A DNA stretch of 64,000 nt from a virus. The notes under the pieces are model-generated. The model saw only the letters and a program-made list of their open reading frames with translations. It did no database searches and had not been told where the DNA came from. The translations under genes were made by a program, and so were the position numbers. The DNA is taken from positions 1 to 64,000 of IMG/VR virus record IMGVR_UViG_3300033550_000002, one strand, 5' to 3'. Shown here piece after piece: positions 19,621-29,660 of the stretch; the first letter of the stretch is position 1, and every line of letters starts with the position of its first letter.

Positions 19621-20568
19621 TCACGATGTCCCGGTGGCTGCCGGGAGCATGTAGCGCTCTTCCCAGGTACGGAGACGTTCGAAGTATCGAGGCCCAAGAT
19701 CCTTGGCTCGGTGGAGTTTTGGGAGGCCAGGTATGCAAAGATGGTAGCATTCCTCGCCATTTCTGGGCACAGGCGTGGACGTGAAAACGTGCTCCTTGAG
19801 CAGCGCTTCCGGGAAGAGGTCCCGGACCCACTCCTGGCCGTGCACTCGGGGCATCAGGTCGCGGTCCTTCTCGCTGCTGACGCCCAGCCACATCAGGTAC
19901 TCCTCGCGCGAGCGCACCGAGAGGGTCGGGAGGTCCGGGCCCACAGGGGTGTACTGGACGCCCCAGCCGGGCTCCAGGAGGGCCGGAGTGGGCACCCCGG
20001 TCATCCGGGCCGCCATGGCCTGCGGGACGCCCTTGGAGCGCACGATGTCGGCCGCGAAGGACCGGAAGGCGGAGTCGCCCCGGGTGGCCGCCTCCAGCCC
20101 GAGGTGGATGATCCGCATGTCGCACGATCCGGTCACCCGGGAGGCGAGCATCCCCTCCGGCCGCGTCATCCACTTCGACACGGTCTTGTGGTGGATGTCG
20201 GTCATCTCCTCGAAGAACGAGGAGCTGAACAGCATCAGCGGGCTGAGGAGCGTGACGGCGGCCAGCCGCCTGCGGCGGGTCCAGTGCCTGCGGTTCACGT
20301 AGGCCCACCACGTGAACGACAGGATCTGGCCCCGCTCGACAGGGCTGTACACGTGCAGCAGGTCGACGTCCCTCGGGTTGCCGTTGTACGGACTCCGGAA
20401 GACGGTCTGGTTCGGCCGGACCATGACGCGGTCCACGGCCCGCAGGAGGTGCGGGAAAGAGGACACGGAAGGCAGGAGGGTCCGGGCCCTCGCGATCCTC
20501 TCCTGCGGCGTACCGGAGCGGTCTCCAGGAGGCCGCCCCGGAGGCCGCCCGGTGGGCTGTCGGGGCAC
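19621..20568 (-). CDS. hypothetical protein, possible HTH
   Basis: 315 aa; 'EMTDIHHKTVSKW' and 'VPQAMAARMTGVP' are HTH-like. Confidence 0.5.
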   Translation of the reverse strand: MPRQPTGRPPGRPPGDRSGTPQERIARARTLLPSVSSFPHLLRAVDRVMVRPNQTVFRSPYNGNPRDVDLLHVYSPVERGQILSFTWWAYVNRRHWTRRRRLAAVTLLSPLMLFSSSFFEEMTDIHHKTVSKWMTRPEGMLASRVTGSCDMRIIHLGLEAATRGDSAFRSFAADIVRSKGVPQAMAARMTGVPTPALLEPGWGVQYTPVGPDLPTLSVRSREEYLMWLGVSSEKDRDLMPRVHGQEWVRDLFPEALLKEHVFTSTPVPRNGEECYHLCIPGLPKLHRAKDLGPRYFERLRTWEERYMLPAATGTS

Positions 20569-20581
20569 GCCTTCCTCCGGG

Positions 20582-22861
20582 TCAGCTTCGGGCGATGGGG
20601 ATGTAGCGCACCCTTCCGCGCTCGGTGGTCCGGTGGATCAGACCGGCCTTCATGAGAACGTTCAGGTCCGACTCGATGTCCCGTTCCTGGACCTTCGAGC
20701 GGAAGCGCGAGTACAGATCCTGCTCGGTGACGCCTTCCTTCCGGCCCTGGATCGCGGTCAGGATCTCGTTCTGCCGGGCCGCCCATTCGGAGTGCAGGAT
20801 GCGCCCGGCGACCCGCGTTGTCGAGCGGTACCACTCCTCGGCCAGGTGCATTGCCTTGAGCAGGTGCGGCATCCGTACGATCTTCTCGCGCTCGGACATC
20901 GCCAGGACGATCGCGGCCTTCATCATCGAGTCGCCCATGCGAGTGGCGGTGGGCAGCAGAACCTCGCTCAGCTCGTGCCCGTCGGCCGCGTTGTGCAGCT
21001 CCCACTTCGCCTTCTGGAGCCGCGTCCAGGCTTCGCCCTCGAACGGGATCATCACCGTCTGGCCGGGCTCCGTGGTGTTCATCCAGAAGGCCCGTGCGGC
21101 CAGCAGGTCGTTGATCAGGCCCTGTCGCACCGGGTCGTCGCCCGGGGTCTGGCCGTCGAACTGTTCGGTGAACATCCGCTCCTCGGTGATCGGCGGCGGG
21201 TCGGCCTCCGCGATCAGGAAACGGGTCAGGTGGCCGGACTGGTAGTCCTGGATCGTCAGGGAGGCGGCGACCTGCTTCAGGGTGCCGCAGAGGAACGTGA
21301 TGAAGTTCGTCCGGATGACGGACATGTCGCGCTCTTCGTGCTCCTTCAGGTTCCCCACGCGAAGGGCGACGCGGACGCGGCCGGAGAACAGCTCCGTCAT
21401 GTGCTCCTTGACACCGGCCAGGTAGCGCTTGGCGGCCTGTTCGTACAGCAGGCCGTGAGCCTCGTCGCGGAAGAACACAGAGGTGCGCCCGTTGCGCTCG
21501 GGCAGAATCACGCTCAGCGCCTCGGACGTCACGTCGGAGCCGAGCAGGTAGGGGAACTGATCGCTGGAGGCGTCGTCCAGCATGTCGACCCACATCATCA
21601 TCGCGGTCGTCTTCCGGGCGCGCGTGGTGGGCCCGAGGATGAAGAACCACAGGGTGAGGTTGGTGTCGAACTTCGTCGGGCACTTGCCGAACTCGCCGAA
21701 GACCGCCGACAGGAGCGTGCAGGCACCGGCCCGGTGGTAGATCTCGGGGGCGTCGGTGCGCGTCCTGGCCCACTGGGTGTAGCGGTCGACGAAGGTATCC
21801 GTGGGGACCCGGTCGCGCTCGTCGGGCTTCAGGATCTGGACGGATTCGGCGAACGCCAGCAGCTTCTTCTCGGGGTTCTCCGTGCTCTTGTCGGCCTCCT
21901 TGCGGAATCCGACGTCGGAGAAGGAGTTGCGGACCGGCTGATTGTCGGGGTGGTCGTAGGCGCGGACGAGCTGCGTCCACAGCTCGCTCTCGTGGCGGCC
22001 GTCGATCTTGTACTTGTTGCACTTCGCGTCCCAGGCGATGTGCATGGCCGTCAGCCGGGACGTGTTCAGGCGCGCGAGCAGGCTGAGCAGCTTCCAGAGC
22101 GTCTTCGACCGGTCCTGGTCGGGGCGCAGGTCGGAGGCGTACAGGTCGTACACCTCGGGGCTGGACCGGAAGACCTCGGCGGACTCGCGGATCGACTGGG
22201 CCGAGTAGTACCACTCGTTCTTCGGGGGCATCTCGGAGCCGGTGGACGGCCGGTCCTGGGTGCTGAACGGCGGGTAGGGGCTCGCGAGCGCCTTGAGCGT
22301 GTACGTGGGGCCCATCTTCGGCTGCGGGATCTGCCAGCGGGGACGGCCGTGCCGGGCGTACTTGTTGTTCGAGGTGCCGGGGACGCGCAGGAGCTGGCCC
22401 GCATCCCAGCCGCCGGGGTCGCAGCCGTCTCCCCGGTGCTCCGTGGCGATCGACCGCGAGATGTCGACGAGCTGTGCCGGGTCGTCGGTCTCCGTGATCC
22501 AGTACAGGTGATGGCGGCCCTCGGAAGACTCGACGGCCATGGTCGGCTCGGCCTTCAGGCGGTCGAGCGGCAGCGTGTCGGCATCCGCGTACGCCGCCCA
22601 CTGGTGGGCGATGTTGCTGCCCTTCCGGCTGCTGCGGGACTTGAACAGGGCCGGGACGGTGTACACGTCCTTGTCGCTGTTGTGCAGGCAGAACGCGACC
22701 AGATCCTCCTCCTGGGAAGGCCAGGAGAAGAAGTGCGTCTGCGTGGGTCCGGTCTCCTCGTCGAAGACCCCTCCGGGATAGAGCGACAGGGCGACGAATC
22801 CGATGTCCTTTCCGTCGGGGTCCGTCTTCGGAAAGAGCGTGCGGAAGAACACGAAGCTCAC
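20582..22861 (-). CDS. primase (RepB/AEP-like) - helicase (DUF3987-like) fusion
   Basis: 'YADAD', 'VESSEGRHHLYW', 'LLRVPGTSNNK' primase motifs; C-terminal 'GPTTRARKTT', 'FRDEA'. Confidence 0.8.
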   Translation of the reverse strand: MSFVFFRTLFPKTDPDGKDIGFVALSLYPGGVFDEETGPTQTHFFSWPSQEEDLVAFCLHNSDKDVYTVPALFKSRSSRKGSNIAHQWAAYADADTLPLDRLKAEPTMAVESSEGRHHLYWITETDDPAQLVDISRSIATEHRGDGCDPGGWDAGQLLRVPGTSNNKYARHGRPRWQIPQPKMGPTYTLKALASPYPPFSTQDRPSTGSEMPPKNEWYYSAQSIRESAEVFRSSPEVYDLYASDLRPDQDRSKTLWKLLSLLARLNTSRLTAMHIAWDAKCNKYKIDGRHESELWTQLVRAYDHPDNQPVRNSFSDVGFRKEADKSTENPEKKLLAFAESVQILKPDERDRVPTDTFVDRYTQWARTRTDAPEIYHRAGACTLLSAVFGEFGKCPTKFDTNLTLWFFILGPTTRARKTTAMMMWVDMLDDASSDQFPYLLGSDVTSEALSVILPERNGRTSVFFRDEAHGLLYEQAAKRYLAGVKEHMTELFSGRVRVALRVGNLKEHEERDMSVIRTNFITFLCGTLKQVAASLTIQDYQSGHLTRFLIAEADPPPITEERMFTEQFDGQTPGDDPVRQGLINDLLAARAFWMNTTEPGQTVMIPFEGEAWTRLQKAKWELHNAADGHELSEVLLPTATRMGDSMMKAAIVLAMSEREKIVRMPHLLKAMHLAEEWYRSTTRVAGRILHSEWAARQNEILTAIQGRKEGVTEQDLYSRFRSKVQERDIESDLNVLMKAGLIHRTTERGRVRYIPIARS

Positions 22862-22979
22862 TGCGTGCCCTCCTTTTCTGTGCGACGTTCCAGTACGGAA
22901 AGGGCGGGGCCCCCGAGAGGACCCCGCCCTGTGGGGCTGGGCGGATTCGATCGTATCCGCCCAGCCCTTCCGGCTCACG

Positions 22980-24140
22980 TCAGCCGGTGTACTCGTCGGT
23001 GCCGCCGGACTGGCCGGGCACCTCGTTCCACTGCGTTCCGAGCCAGACCGCCGTGACGATCTCGCCCGTGCCCTTGAGCAGGACGTCGACCTTGGCACCC
23101 GCGTTCGCGCCGAGGGCGATGCCGCCCACGGTGTCCCACGTGATCTCGCCCTCGGCCTCCGAGCCGTCCAGCCGCTCGATGACGACCTTGCGCTCGGGGA
23201 CCGGCTGGAACGGCTGCCACATGCTCAGGTAGTCGTTGACCGGGAAGTACTTCTCCTTCAGGACGTCGGAGGAGTCGCCGTTGTCGCGGATGGCGTACTT
23301 CTGGTCGAGGACGTGCACCAGCAGGGCCTCGTTCACGTCGGCGACCTCGCCGGTCTCCGCGTAGACGTAGCCGCCGGACTCGTCGACCTTGACGACCAGC
23401 ACCGCGTCGCCCGTCTCCGGGTCCACCAGGACGTTGATCCGGTCGCCGTTCTCGTCGAGCCGGTCGCGGAACTTCGGCTTCTTCGAGGTGACGACGTTGA
23501 TCTGCGCCATGACGACCTGCTCGTCCATGCGCTCGGCGACCTCGTGCATGTTCGCCTTGTTCACGCGGTCACCGGCCGCCGTCGCGCCGGAGGCGACGCG
23601 CAGCGCACGGCCCTGCTCGTTCGGACCGCCGGTCCGGTTGCCCTGCGGCTTGAAGAACGCGGTCTTGATCGTGAAGACCGGGACCTCGATCTCGTAGTCG
23701 AAGCGGCGGCGGCCGAAGCGCGGGGCGACGTGGTTGGCCTGGACGATGAAGTAGGGCAGCGGGACCTCGGCGATCTTCTCCGTGGCACCGGCCTTCAGCA
23801 TCGCCTCGACCTGGTCGAACAGGACGTAGGTCTTGCCGTCCTTCTGGGCGATGCAGGTCTTCGAGGAGAGCCGGGGAACGAACTTCTCGTCGACCGTGGG
23901 GGAGGTCAGACGGATCGGCACCCACATCTTGTCCAGCAGGCCGACGTCGCGCGGGTCGCTGTAGACCTTGCGCTCGTCGCGGGCCTGGACGGCCTCGCCG
24001 GACTCCTCCTCGTCCAGCTCGATCTCGTCGAGGATGTCGTCGAACTCGCCGACGGCCAGGTCCTCGTCACCGCCGTCGAGGTCGATGGCGGGCTCCTCGG
24101 CCGGGGCGTCCCACGGGTCGAACGTCGTCTCGTCGCTCAT
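22980..24140 (-). CDS. acidic replication protein, possible SSB
   Basis: 386 aa with very acidic N-terminus, between recombinase and primase. Confidence 0.45.
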   Translation of the reverse strand: MSDETTFDPWDAPAEEPAIDLDGGDEDLAVGEFDDILDEIELDEEESGEAVQARDERKVYSDPRDVGLLDKMWVPIRLTSPTVDEKFVPRLSSKTCIAQKDGKTYVLFDQVEAMLKAGATEKIAEVPLPYFIVQANHVAPRFGRRRFDYEIEVPVFTIKTAFFKPQGNRTGGPNEQGRALRVASGATAAGDRVNKANMHEVAERMDEQVVMAQINVVTSKKPKFRDRLDENGDRINVLVDPETGDAVLVVKVDESGGYVYAETGEVADVNEALLVHVLDQKYAIRDNGDSSDVLKEKYFPVNDYLSMWQPFQPVPERKVVIERLDGSEAEGEITWDTVGGIALGANAGAKVDVLLKGTGEIVTAVWLGTQWNEVPGQSGGTDEYTG

Positions 24141-24176
24141 GTCTCGTTGCCTCTCGTCTCTCGTGTGTTCCGCGTG

Positions 24177-25334
24177 TCAGCGGAGGTCGGTGATGATGGA
24201 TTCCATGTGCGCGGAGAGCGTGGCCTCGCGGCCCCCCATCTCCACCATGGCCTCCGCCTTTCCGCTCTCCTGGGCCGCAGCGATGGCGGCCTGGAGGGCG
24301 GAAGTCTTCTGGTCGGGCGACGCGTCCTCGCGGCCCGCGATGCGCTGGGACCATTCGAGGATGCCCTCGGCGTCGAGCTTGTCGGCCATCTCCCGCATCC
24401 GGTTCATGACGCGGCCGTGGGCCTTGTTCTCGGTCTCGTCGGTGACGTTCAGGACGCGGCCCTCCAGGGGCGCTCCGGACTCGTCGACCTGGACGCCCAG
24501 CTCCTCCGGGGTGTACATGGCGTTCGCCATGGCCAGCTCGTCGTCGCGGTCGCCGGAGAACGTGACGCCCAGGGTGGACATGAAGTTCTTGATGCCGAGG
24601 ATCACGTCGGGCGCGCCGTCGCGGGTGACGCCGGACTTCGCCCGGCTCTTCAGCATCTCGGGGCCGTAGCTCTGCCAGGTGCCCTTGTTCGTGAGGCCCT
24701 GGATGGAGTTGGCCCGCTTCATGGTCCAGACGGACTCGAACCGGATGATCTTCGCAAGGTCGAACTTCGTCTCCGCGATCGTCGCACGCAGGGCGTCGAA
24801 GTCGTACTGGCCGTGCAGCTCGCCGAGCTGCTTGCGGAGGGCGGCGACCTCTTCCGTGGAGGGCTTCTCGTCCAGCAGGGCGAGTTCCTTCAGGTCGGAG
24901 ATCCGCTCCAGGAGCTGCCTGCGCTGGAGGTCGTACAGGTTCTGCGTCGACTCCAGCAGGTCGGTCTTCTGCCGACGCTCCTCGTCCCGCATCCGGCGGA
25001 AGTTGTCGAGGTCGTCCTGGCTGGTCCGGCGCACCAGGGTCGCCGTGGCCTTCAGCGCGTCACCCTCGACGTGCACCTTGTGCCCGGCGGCCAGCGCCAG
25101 GGCGACCATGAGGTGCGAGGAGATGCTGGCCTTCAGCACGCCCTTCGACTCGAAGACGTAGATGTGCTGCATGGCGGAGGCGGGGTCGATGCCGAGCGAA
25201 GCGCCGATGCGCATCATGTACTCGACGGAGGCCGGGTCCTTGTGGATGTGCTCCGGCATGAGCCTGGACTTGGCCAGGCGCTGAGCCTGGGCGGGGTCGA
25301 CCTCTCCGGTCGTGCGTCGCACCAGCTCTGACAT
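24177..25334 (-). CDS. RecT-like ssDNA annealing recombinase
   Basis: 'LAKSRLMP', 'G.SLGIDP..AMQHIYV', 'W..YGPEMLKSRA', 'YTPEELG'. Confidence 0.75.
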   Translation of the reverse strand: MSELVRRTTGEVDPAQAQRLAKSRLMPEHIHKDPASVEYMMRIGASLGIDPASAMQHIYVFESKGVLKASISSHLMVALALAAGHKVHVEGDALKATATLVRRTSQDDLDNFRRMRDEERRQKTDLLESTQNLYDLQRRQLLERISDLKELALLDEKPSTEEVAALRKQLGELHGQYDFDALRATIAETKFDLAKIIRFESVWTMKRANSIQGLTNKGTWQSYGPEMLKSRAKSGVTRDGAPDVILGIKNFMSTLGVTFSGDRDDELAMANAMYTPEELGVQVDESGAPLEGRVLNVTDETENKAHGRVMNRMREMADKLDAEGILEWSQRIAGREDASPDQKTSALQAAIAAAQESGKAEAMVEMGGREATLSAHMESIITDLR

Positions 25335-25416
25335 GGGCTTCCTCGTTTTTCGTCTCGTGTATCGCGTGTTTTCGTGTTCCGTCTCGTCGTGTTCTCGTAC
25401 CTCTAGCTTACCACAA

Positions 25417-26259
25417 TCAGCGGCGCAGCCTAGGCCGAATCACGCACGGGAAGCACTTGGGGTGCGGGCTCAGTTCGGACGCCCGGCCGTCGCGGACCAT
25501 CGAGGTCAGCTTCTCGGCCCTCCGGAGGACCCCCTCGGCCACGTCGTCCCTGTATGCACAGGACGTGACCCAGATGTCCTCCACGTTGTTCGAGTCGCGG
25601 GGGATGAAGACGAGCACCGCATAGTCCGCCTGACGGCCGGACCGACGCAAGCCCCGCAGGTAGAGCATGGTCTGGCCCATGTACTCGTCGGGCACGCCGC
25701 CCGACTGCTCGGCCGAGGCCGCGATCAGGCCCACCAGTCGGGCCATCTGCTCTTCCTTCAGCAGTCCGCCGCGCTCCAGCGCCCGTAGCTCATCCAGTTC
25801 CGCGCGCTCCTGGGCGGTCAGGCCCATGGTGTACGCGGAGGGGTTGGCTGAAGACCGGTACTCCTTCAGCTTCTTCAGGTCGGTGGTCTTCCAGTCGACG
25901 ATCGTGAGCTTCTTCGGCAGGTACAGGTCGATGTGCCCCTTGACCAGTCCGAGACCGGGAACTTCCGCCACCTCGACAGTGATCTCCTGCTCGGCGTGCG
26001 GGTAGATCCGGTCGAGGTCCCGCTCCAGCTTCTCGTGCACGGCTGTTCCCAGCCACGCCTTCAGGCTGAAGCCACGGTCGCCGCGTCCCTCGATGCCGAG
26101 AGAGCTGGCGATCTTCTTGGCCACGCAGACGTCGCACTTGTCGGCCAGATCACTGGGCCCGGGGGCCCGCTGGAGATCTCGCTGACTCGGTTGCGTGATG
26201 GCGGAGACTGCGACGCCCTCGACGAAAGTCCGAATATTTTTCTGATCTTCTGTGGTCAC
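25417..26259 (-). CDS. Cas4/RecB-like exonuclease
   Basis: 'GPSDLADKC', 'GTAVHE', 'GHID...IVDWKT', 'QTMLY', C-terminal 'CFPC'. Confidence 0.82.
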   Translation of the reverse strand: MTTEDQKNIRTFVEGVAVSAITQPSQRDLQRAPGPSDLADKCDVCVAKKIASSLGIEGRGDRGFSLKAWLGTAVHEKLERDLDRIYPHAEQEITVEVAEVPGLGLVKGHIDLYLPKKLTIVDWKTTDLKKLKEYRSSANPSAYTMGLTAQERAELDELRALERGGLLKEEQMARLVGLIAASAEQSGGVPDEYMGQTMLYLRGLRRSGRQADYAVLVFIPRDSNNVEDIWVTSCAYRDDVAEGVLRRAEKLTSMVRDGRASELSPHPKCFPCVIRPRLRR

Positions 26260-26978
26260 GTCGCAACCTTACACTCCGGCACTGACAGCCGGGCCAGGTC
26301 GCGCGCTTCCGCGAGCACCCCCTTCCATTCGCCGTGGATCTGGGCCTCCCGGTACAGGCGCAGGCGCTCCACAGAGGTCTCCGAGCCGACGTACCGGGTC
26401 TTCCTGGCGGGCTTCTCGTGCCAGAGGTGGTACAGCGGGGCGACGCCCCGCGCCGGAGGGCCGTACAGGCCGTTCAGCGCGAGGGCCCACGCTTCGTCCT
26501 CCTGCCCCCACCCGACGAAGCCCGGGTCGAGCGGGCAGTCCAGGTACACGTCCCGGCGCAGCACCGTCACGCCGCCGCCCTCGTAGCCCTTGTAGGGGTC
26601 CTGGTCGTACCAGATCCGGCGGCCGGTCAGGGAGCCGGGCTCGTCGCCCAGGTAGATGCGCTCGGTGGCCTGCGTGCCAAACCGGTACACCTTCAGGTGC
26701 GGCATGGCCCACGGCGCTCCGTTGCGTACCGCGCACACCGCCTCGGGGAGGCCGGGCACCAGGCAGTCGGCGTCGGCCACGATCACGATGGGTTCGCCGT
26801 TCGTCCTGGACAGGGCCGAGGCCACGGCCTGCGCCTTGCACCACGGTTCGGGCGAGTTCCCGATCAGAATCCTGGCGTTTTCCAGGTGATCGGAGTACCA
26901 GGCCGTTACGTGCTGAAGCGCTCGCCTGCGCCACGGTGTTCCGTTGGCGAACGGAATCAGGACAGCTATCTCATGCAT
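26256..26978 (-). CDS. glycosyltransferase GT-A (GT2/GT7 galactosyltransferase-like)
   Basis: 'VLIPF', DxD 'DADC', 'GGG...DPGFVGWGQEDEA', 'HLWH'. Confidence 0.85.
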   Translation of the reverse strand: MHEIAVLIPFANGTPWRRRALQHVTAWYSDHLENARILIGNSPEPWCKAQAVASALSRTNGEPIVIVADADCLVPGLPEAVCAVRNGAPWAMPHLKVYRFGTQATERIYLGDEPGSLTGRRIWYDQDPYKGYEGGGVTVLRRDVYLDCPLDPGFVGWGQEDEAWALALNGLYGPPARGVAPLYHLWHEKPARKTRYVGSETSVERLRLYREAQIHGEWKGVLAEARDLARLSVPECKVAT

Positions 26979-27047
26979 GGCCGTATCCTGACACGGAAGC
27001 CGGTCCGTGGGTGGGGACGCACGGACCGGCTTCCGCCGGGGCGGCGG

Positions 27048-27728
27048 CTACTGGAGGTAGAACTCCTCGCCGCTGCTGCGGGTGACGGCCTCCGTCAGGG
27101 CCGCGTTCTCGTGGTCCTTGTCGGTGGCCTTGCGGACCGTGAGGGTCCAGCCGTTGTCCTTCTGGCACTTGACCAGCTTCTCCGGCTCGTTCTCGAAGAC
27201 ACGGGCCGCGAGCGTGGCGTCGGGCTTCGGGAGCAGGATGCGCTGGAAGTCGACCGGGGTGAGGTTCTTGCGAGCGGTCGCCGCGTCGAACTTCCGGGCG
27301 GAGGACAGGATGACGGCGTTGTCGCCGTACACCCGGGTGCCGGACTCGACCGCGCGGCTCTTGATCACGGCCTTCGCCTTGTCCACCAGGTAGACGGCCC
27401 GCTCCTTCGCCTGCTGCTGCCGCTCGATGACCTCGGCCAGCTCCTCGTCGGTCATGCTGTCGAAGTGGTCGGCCATGTCCATGTCGTCGATCTCCGTCTT
27501 CATCGCGTGCGGGTGGTCACCCGGGAGGGTGTTGACCGGGGCGTAGCCCGTCTTGCGGGGCTCGCCGTCGGGTCCGAAGTAGTTGTCGTGGAACGCGTCC
27601 GAGCTGATCCGGCGCTTCCGGCCCAGGCCGTCCTCCTGGACGGTGGAGATCGTGACGACCGCACCTCCGTCGTTGACGACCTGCACCAGGTTGCCGGACC
27701 TGACGTTTACGAAGAGCTGCCCGTCCAT
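27048..27728 (-). CDS. hypothetical protein
   Basis: 226 aa, AAGGAG RBS. Confidence 0.6.
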   Translation of the reverse strand: MDGQLFVNVRSGNLVQVVNDGGAVVTISTVQEDGLGRKRRISSDAFHDNYFGPDGEPRKTGYAPVNTLPGDHPHAMKTEIDDMDMADHFDSMTDEELAEVIERQQQAKERAVYLVDKAKAVIKSRAVESGTRVYGDNAVILSSARKFDAATARKNLTPVDFQRILLPKPDATLAARVFENEPEKLVKCQKDNGWTLTVRKATDKDHENAALTEAVTRSSGEEFYLQ

Positions 27729-27848
27729 GTCTTTTCTCCTTTCCAGGGCCCCCTGTGGGGGCCTTGTAAGAACAACTCTACCACAGAATCGGGAAGTGTT
27801 GTTCTTTGATTTCGAGAAAGAAGACAGGGGCCCCGAAGGGCCCCCGTC

Positions 27849-28145
27849 TCACTGCTCGTCGCTCAGGATGCGCTCGACGTCCTCGGCGATCTCGCCCTTG
27901 ACCTGCTCGAAGAGATCCTGTCGTGCCTCACCGAGGGAGGCCCACAGGCTCGCGGCGTCCTGGTCGGCGGAGAACCCCGCCAGGTCGACGACCTGTCCCC
28001 TGGTGAGCAGCACGCGGCCGTGCGGAACGTACGCCGCCGCCCAGACGGAGATCTGGCAGTTCGCGTCCAGGTAGAGAACCGGGTCCTGGGCGAACGAACT
28101 CATCAGGGAGTCCAGGTCGCTCATCTCAAGGATCGGCTGAATCAC
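27849..28145 (-). CDS. hypothetical protein
   Basis: 98 aa in a tight operon. Confidence 0.5.
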   Translation of the reverse strand: MIQPILEMSDLDSLMSSFAQDPVLYLDANCQISVWAAAYVPHGRVLLTRGQVVDLAGFSADQDAASLWASLGEARQDLFEQVKGEIAEDVERILSDEQ

Positions 28146-28154
28146 GGTCGCCCC

Positions 28155-28811
28155 CTAGACGGCAACGACGCCGCTGGCGACTCGCACCGCGTGCGAGTGC
28201 TCCAGCAGGAAGTCGTGCACGACCTTGTCGTGTTCGGCGTCGCGAAGCGCGTGGTGCTGCCCGCGCGGGTCCTGCGCCGGAAGCTCCAGGCCGTTCGGCA
28301 GACGGCCCATGCGGACGCCGGAGATGTCCTCCAGGGTCGCGATGTCCTGGAAGGGCCGACGGGGCACCGAGGCGGGCATACGGCTCCAGTCGTTGTCCCA
28401 GAGGTTGTGCACCCGCTGCATGTCCTGCGTGCCGTGGTCCGCGATGAACCCGACGGACTCGCGGGCAGCCCGCCGGTTCGTCACGTCCTCGAAGTACATC
28501 GCCACGGAGTTCCGCAGGTCGGCGTACGAGACGACGTTGAGGTGCATCTGGTCCAGCGACCCGTCGGCGAGACGCGGCAGCTTCGACCAGACGTTCTCGC
28601 GACGCCACAGGCTTCCGGCGTCCTGGGCGTTGCGGATCTCCTCCTGGTTCATGTCGCCGTTGATCAGGTAGATGCTGCCGCGCGAGGAGTGCAGGGCCAG
28701 GGAGATCAGGCCCCTCGGCGTCATGTCGTGCGGGATGAACTCCGCGTCTCCGTAGGCGAAGAGGAAGTCCGGAAAGTGTGCGAGCAAGGTGATCTCCTGT
28801 CTCAGGTCCAC
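28155..28811 (-). CDS. DEDDh 3'-5' exoribonuclease (Rv2179c-like)
   Basis: 'DAEF...LISLAL', 'W.RENV..KL', 'HHALRDA'. Confidence 0.75.
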   Translation of the reverse strand: MDLRQEITLLAHFPDFLFAYGDAEFIPHDMTPRGLISLALHSSRGSIYLINGDMNQEEIRNAQDAGSLWRRENVWSKLPRLADGSLDQMHLNVVSYADLRNSVAMYFEDVTNRRAARESVGFIADHGTQDMQRVHNLWDNDWSRMPASVPRRPFQDIATLEDISGVRMGRLPNGLELPAQDPRGQHHALRDAEHDKVVHDFLLEHSHAVRVASGVVAV

Positions 28812-29236
28812 TGGCCGTTCAGGTAGGCGCGGGCCGCCCGGAAGACCTCCGGGGCCCGCCCCTCCTTCAGGGCCAGGATGGGCGACTCGTCGCCCAGGTG
28901 CGGGTTCATGCCGATGATCCAGGCGCGGGCCATCTCGTCGCCCTCTGCTTCGGCGATGAGGGTGAAGATCTCTCGGGCAGCTCGGAAGGTCTCGGCCGTC
29001 TCGCCGATCGACCGACCGTCGCTCACGTGGAGAACCATCTTGCGGCCCAGGTTCTCCACGAGGAAGTCGACGTTCTCACGCTGCGCCGAGAGCCACCGCT
29101 CCTGCTCGTCCAGCACGAGCTGGATCGTCCTGCGCAGGGAGCAGTTCGCCTCGTTCTTCCAGGGGCAGTCCGGCTCGATCGCCAGGTGCAGGGCCTTCGC
29201 CTGGTCGGTGATGTGGTACGGCCACTCAGCGGCCAC
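28802..29236 (-). CDS. protein with C-terminal Xre/MbcA/ParS-like antitoxin domain
   Basis: 'ARAWIIGMNPHLGDESPILALKEGRAPEVFRAARAY'. Confidence 0.55.
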   Translation of the reverse strand: MAAEWPYHITDQAKALHLAIEPDCPWKNEANCSLRRTIQLVLDEQERWLSAQRENVDFLVENLGRKMVLHVSDGRSIGETAETFRAAREIFTLIAEAEGDEMARAWIIGMNPHLGDESPILALKEGRAPEVFRAARAYLNGQWT

Positions 29237-29660
29237 CGTTCTCCTCCTTCTCCGTGGGGCGCTCGACGACGAAGTGCCTGCGCCGCGTTCCGTGGACGAG
29301 GACGAGCGTCGCGTCCCCGACGATGTTCCAGCCGTGGGTGATGCCGCCCGCGCCGTGCCGACGCCCCATGCACTGGCAGTTGCAGTCACGGCTCTTGGCG
29401 TTCCAGCACCGGGTGTCGCAGCGCTCGACGCACGTGAAGTCCACGTAGACGTCGATCCGGCCGAGACGCCTCGCGAGCGCTTCGACCACCGGCTCGAAGT
29501 GCGTCCGGGCGATCTCCCAGCGCTGCTCTTCCTTGTTCCAGTCGGGCCTGATGCTCTTGCCCAGGACCGCCTTCAGCCAGCTCCGGTTGTCCTTCGAGTA
29601 GGGCATCTTCAGGACCAGGCGGCCCCTCACGGGCCGCCAGACTCCGTACTGCGGTTTCAC
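29226..29660 (-). CDS. Cys-rich (putative Zn-binding) hypothetical protein
   Basis: 'CDTRCWNAKSRDCNCQCMGRRHG'. Confidence 0.6.
   Translation of the reverse strand: MKPQYGVWRPVRGRLVLKMPYSKDNRSWLKAVLGKSIRPDWNKEEQRWEIARTHFEPVVEALARRLGRIDVYVDFTCVERCDTRCWNAKSRDCNCQCMGRRHGAGGITHGWNIVGDATLVLVHGTRRRHFVVERPTEKEENGGR

Noticed and set aside
20527-20552. Tandem GGAGGCCGCCC repeat
   Set aside because: Only two copies, encoding GRPP repeats; no evidence of a cis function.
25417-26259. Cas4 as evidence of a CRISPR-Cas system
   Set aside because: Solo Cas4-like nuclease next to a RecT-like gene is a standard phage recombination pair.
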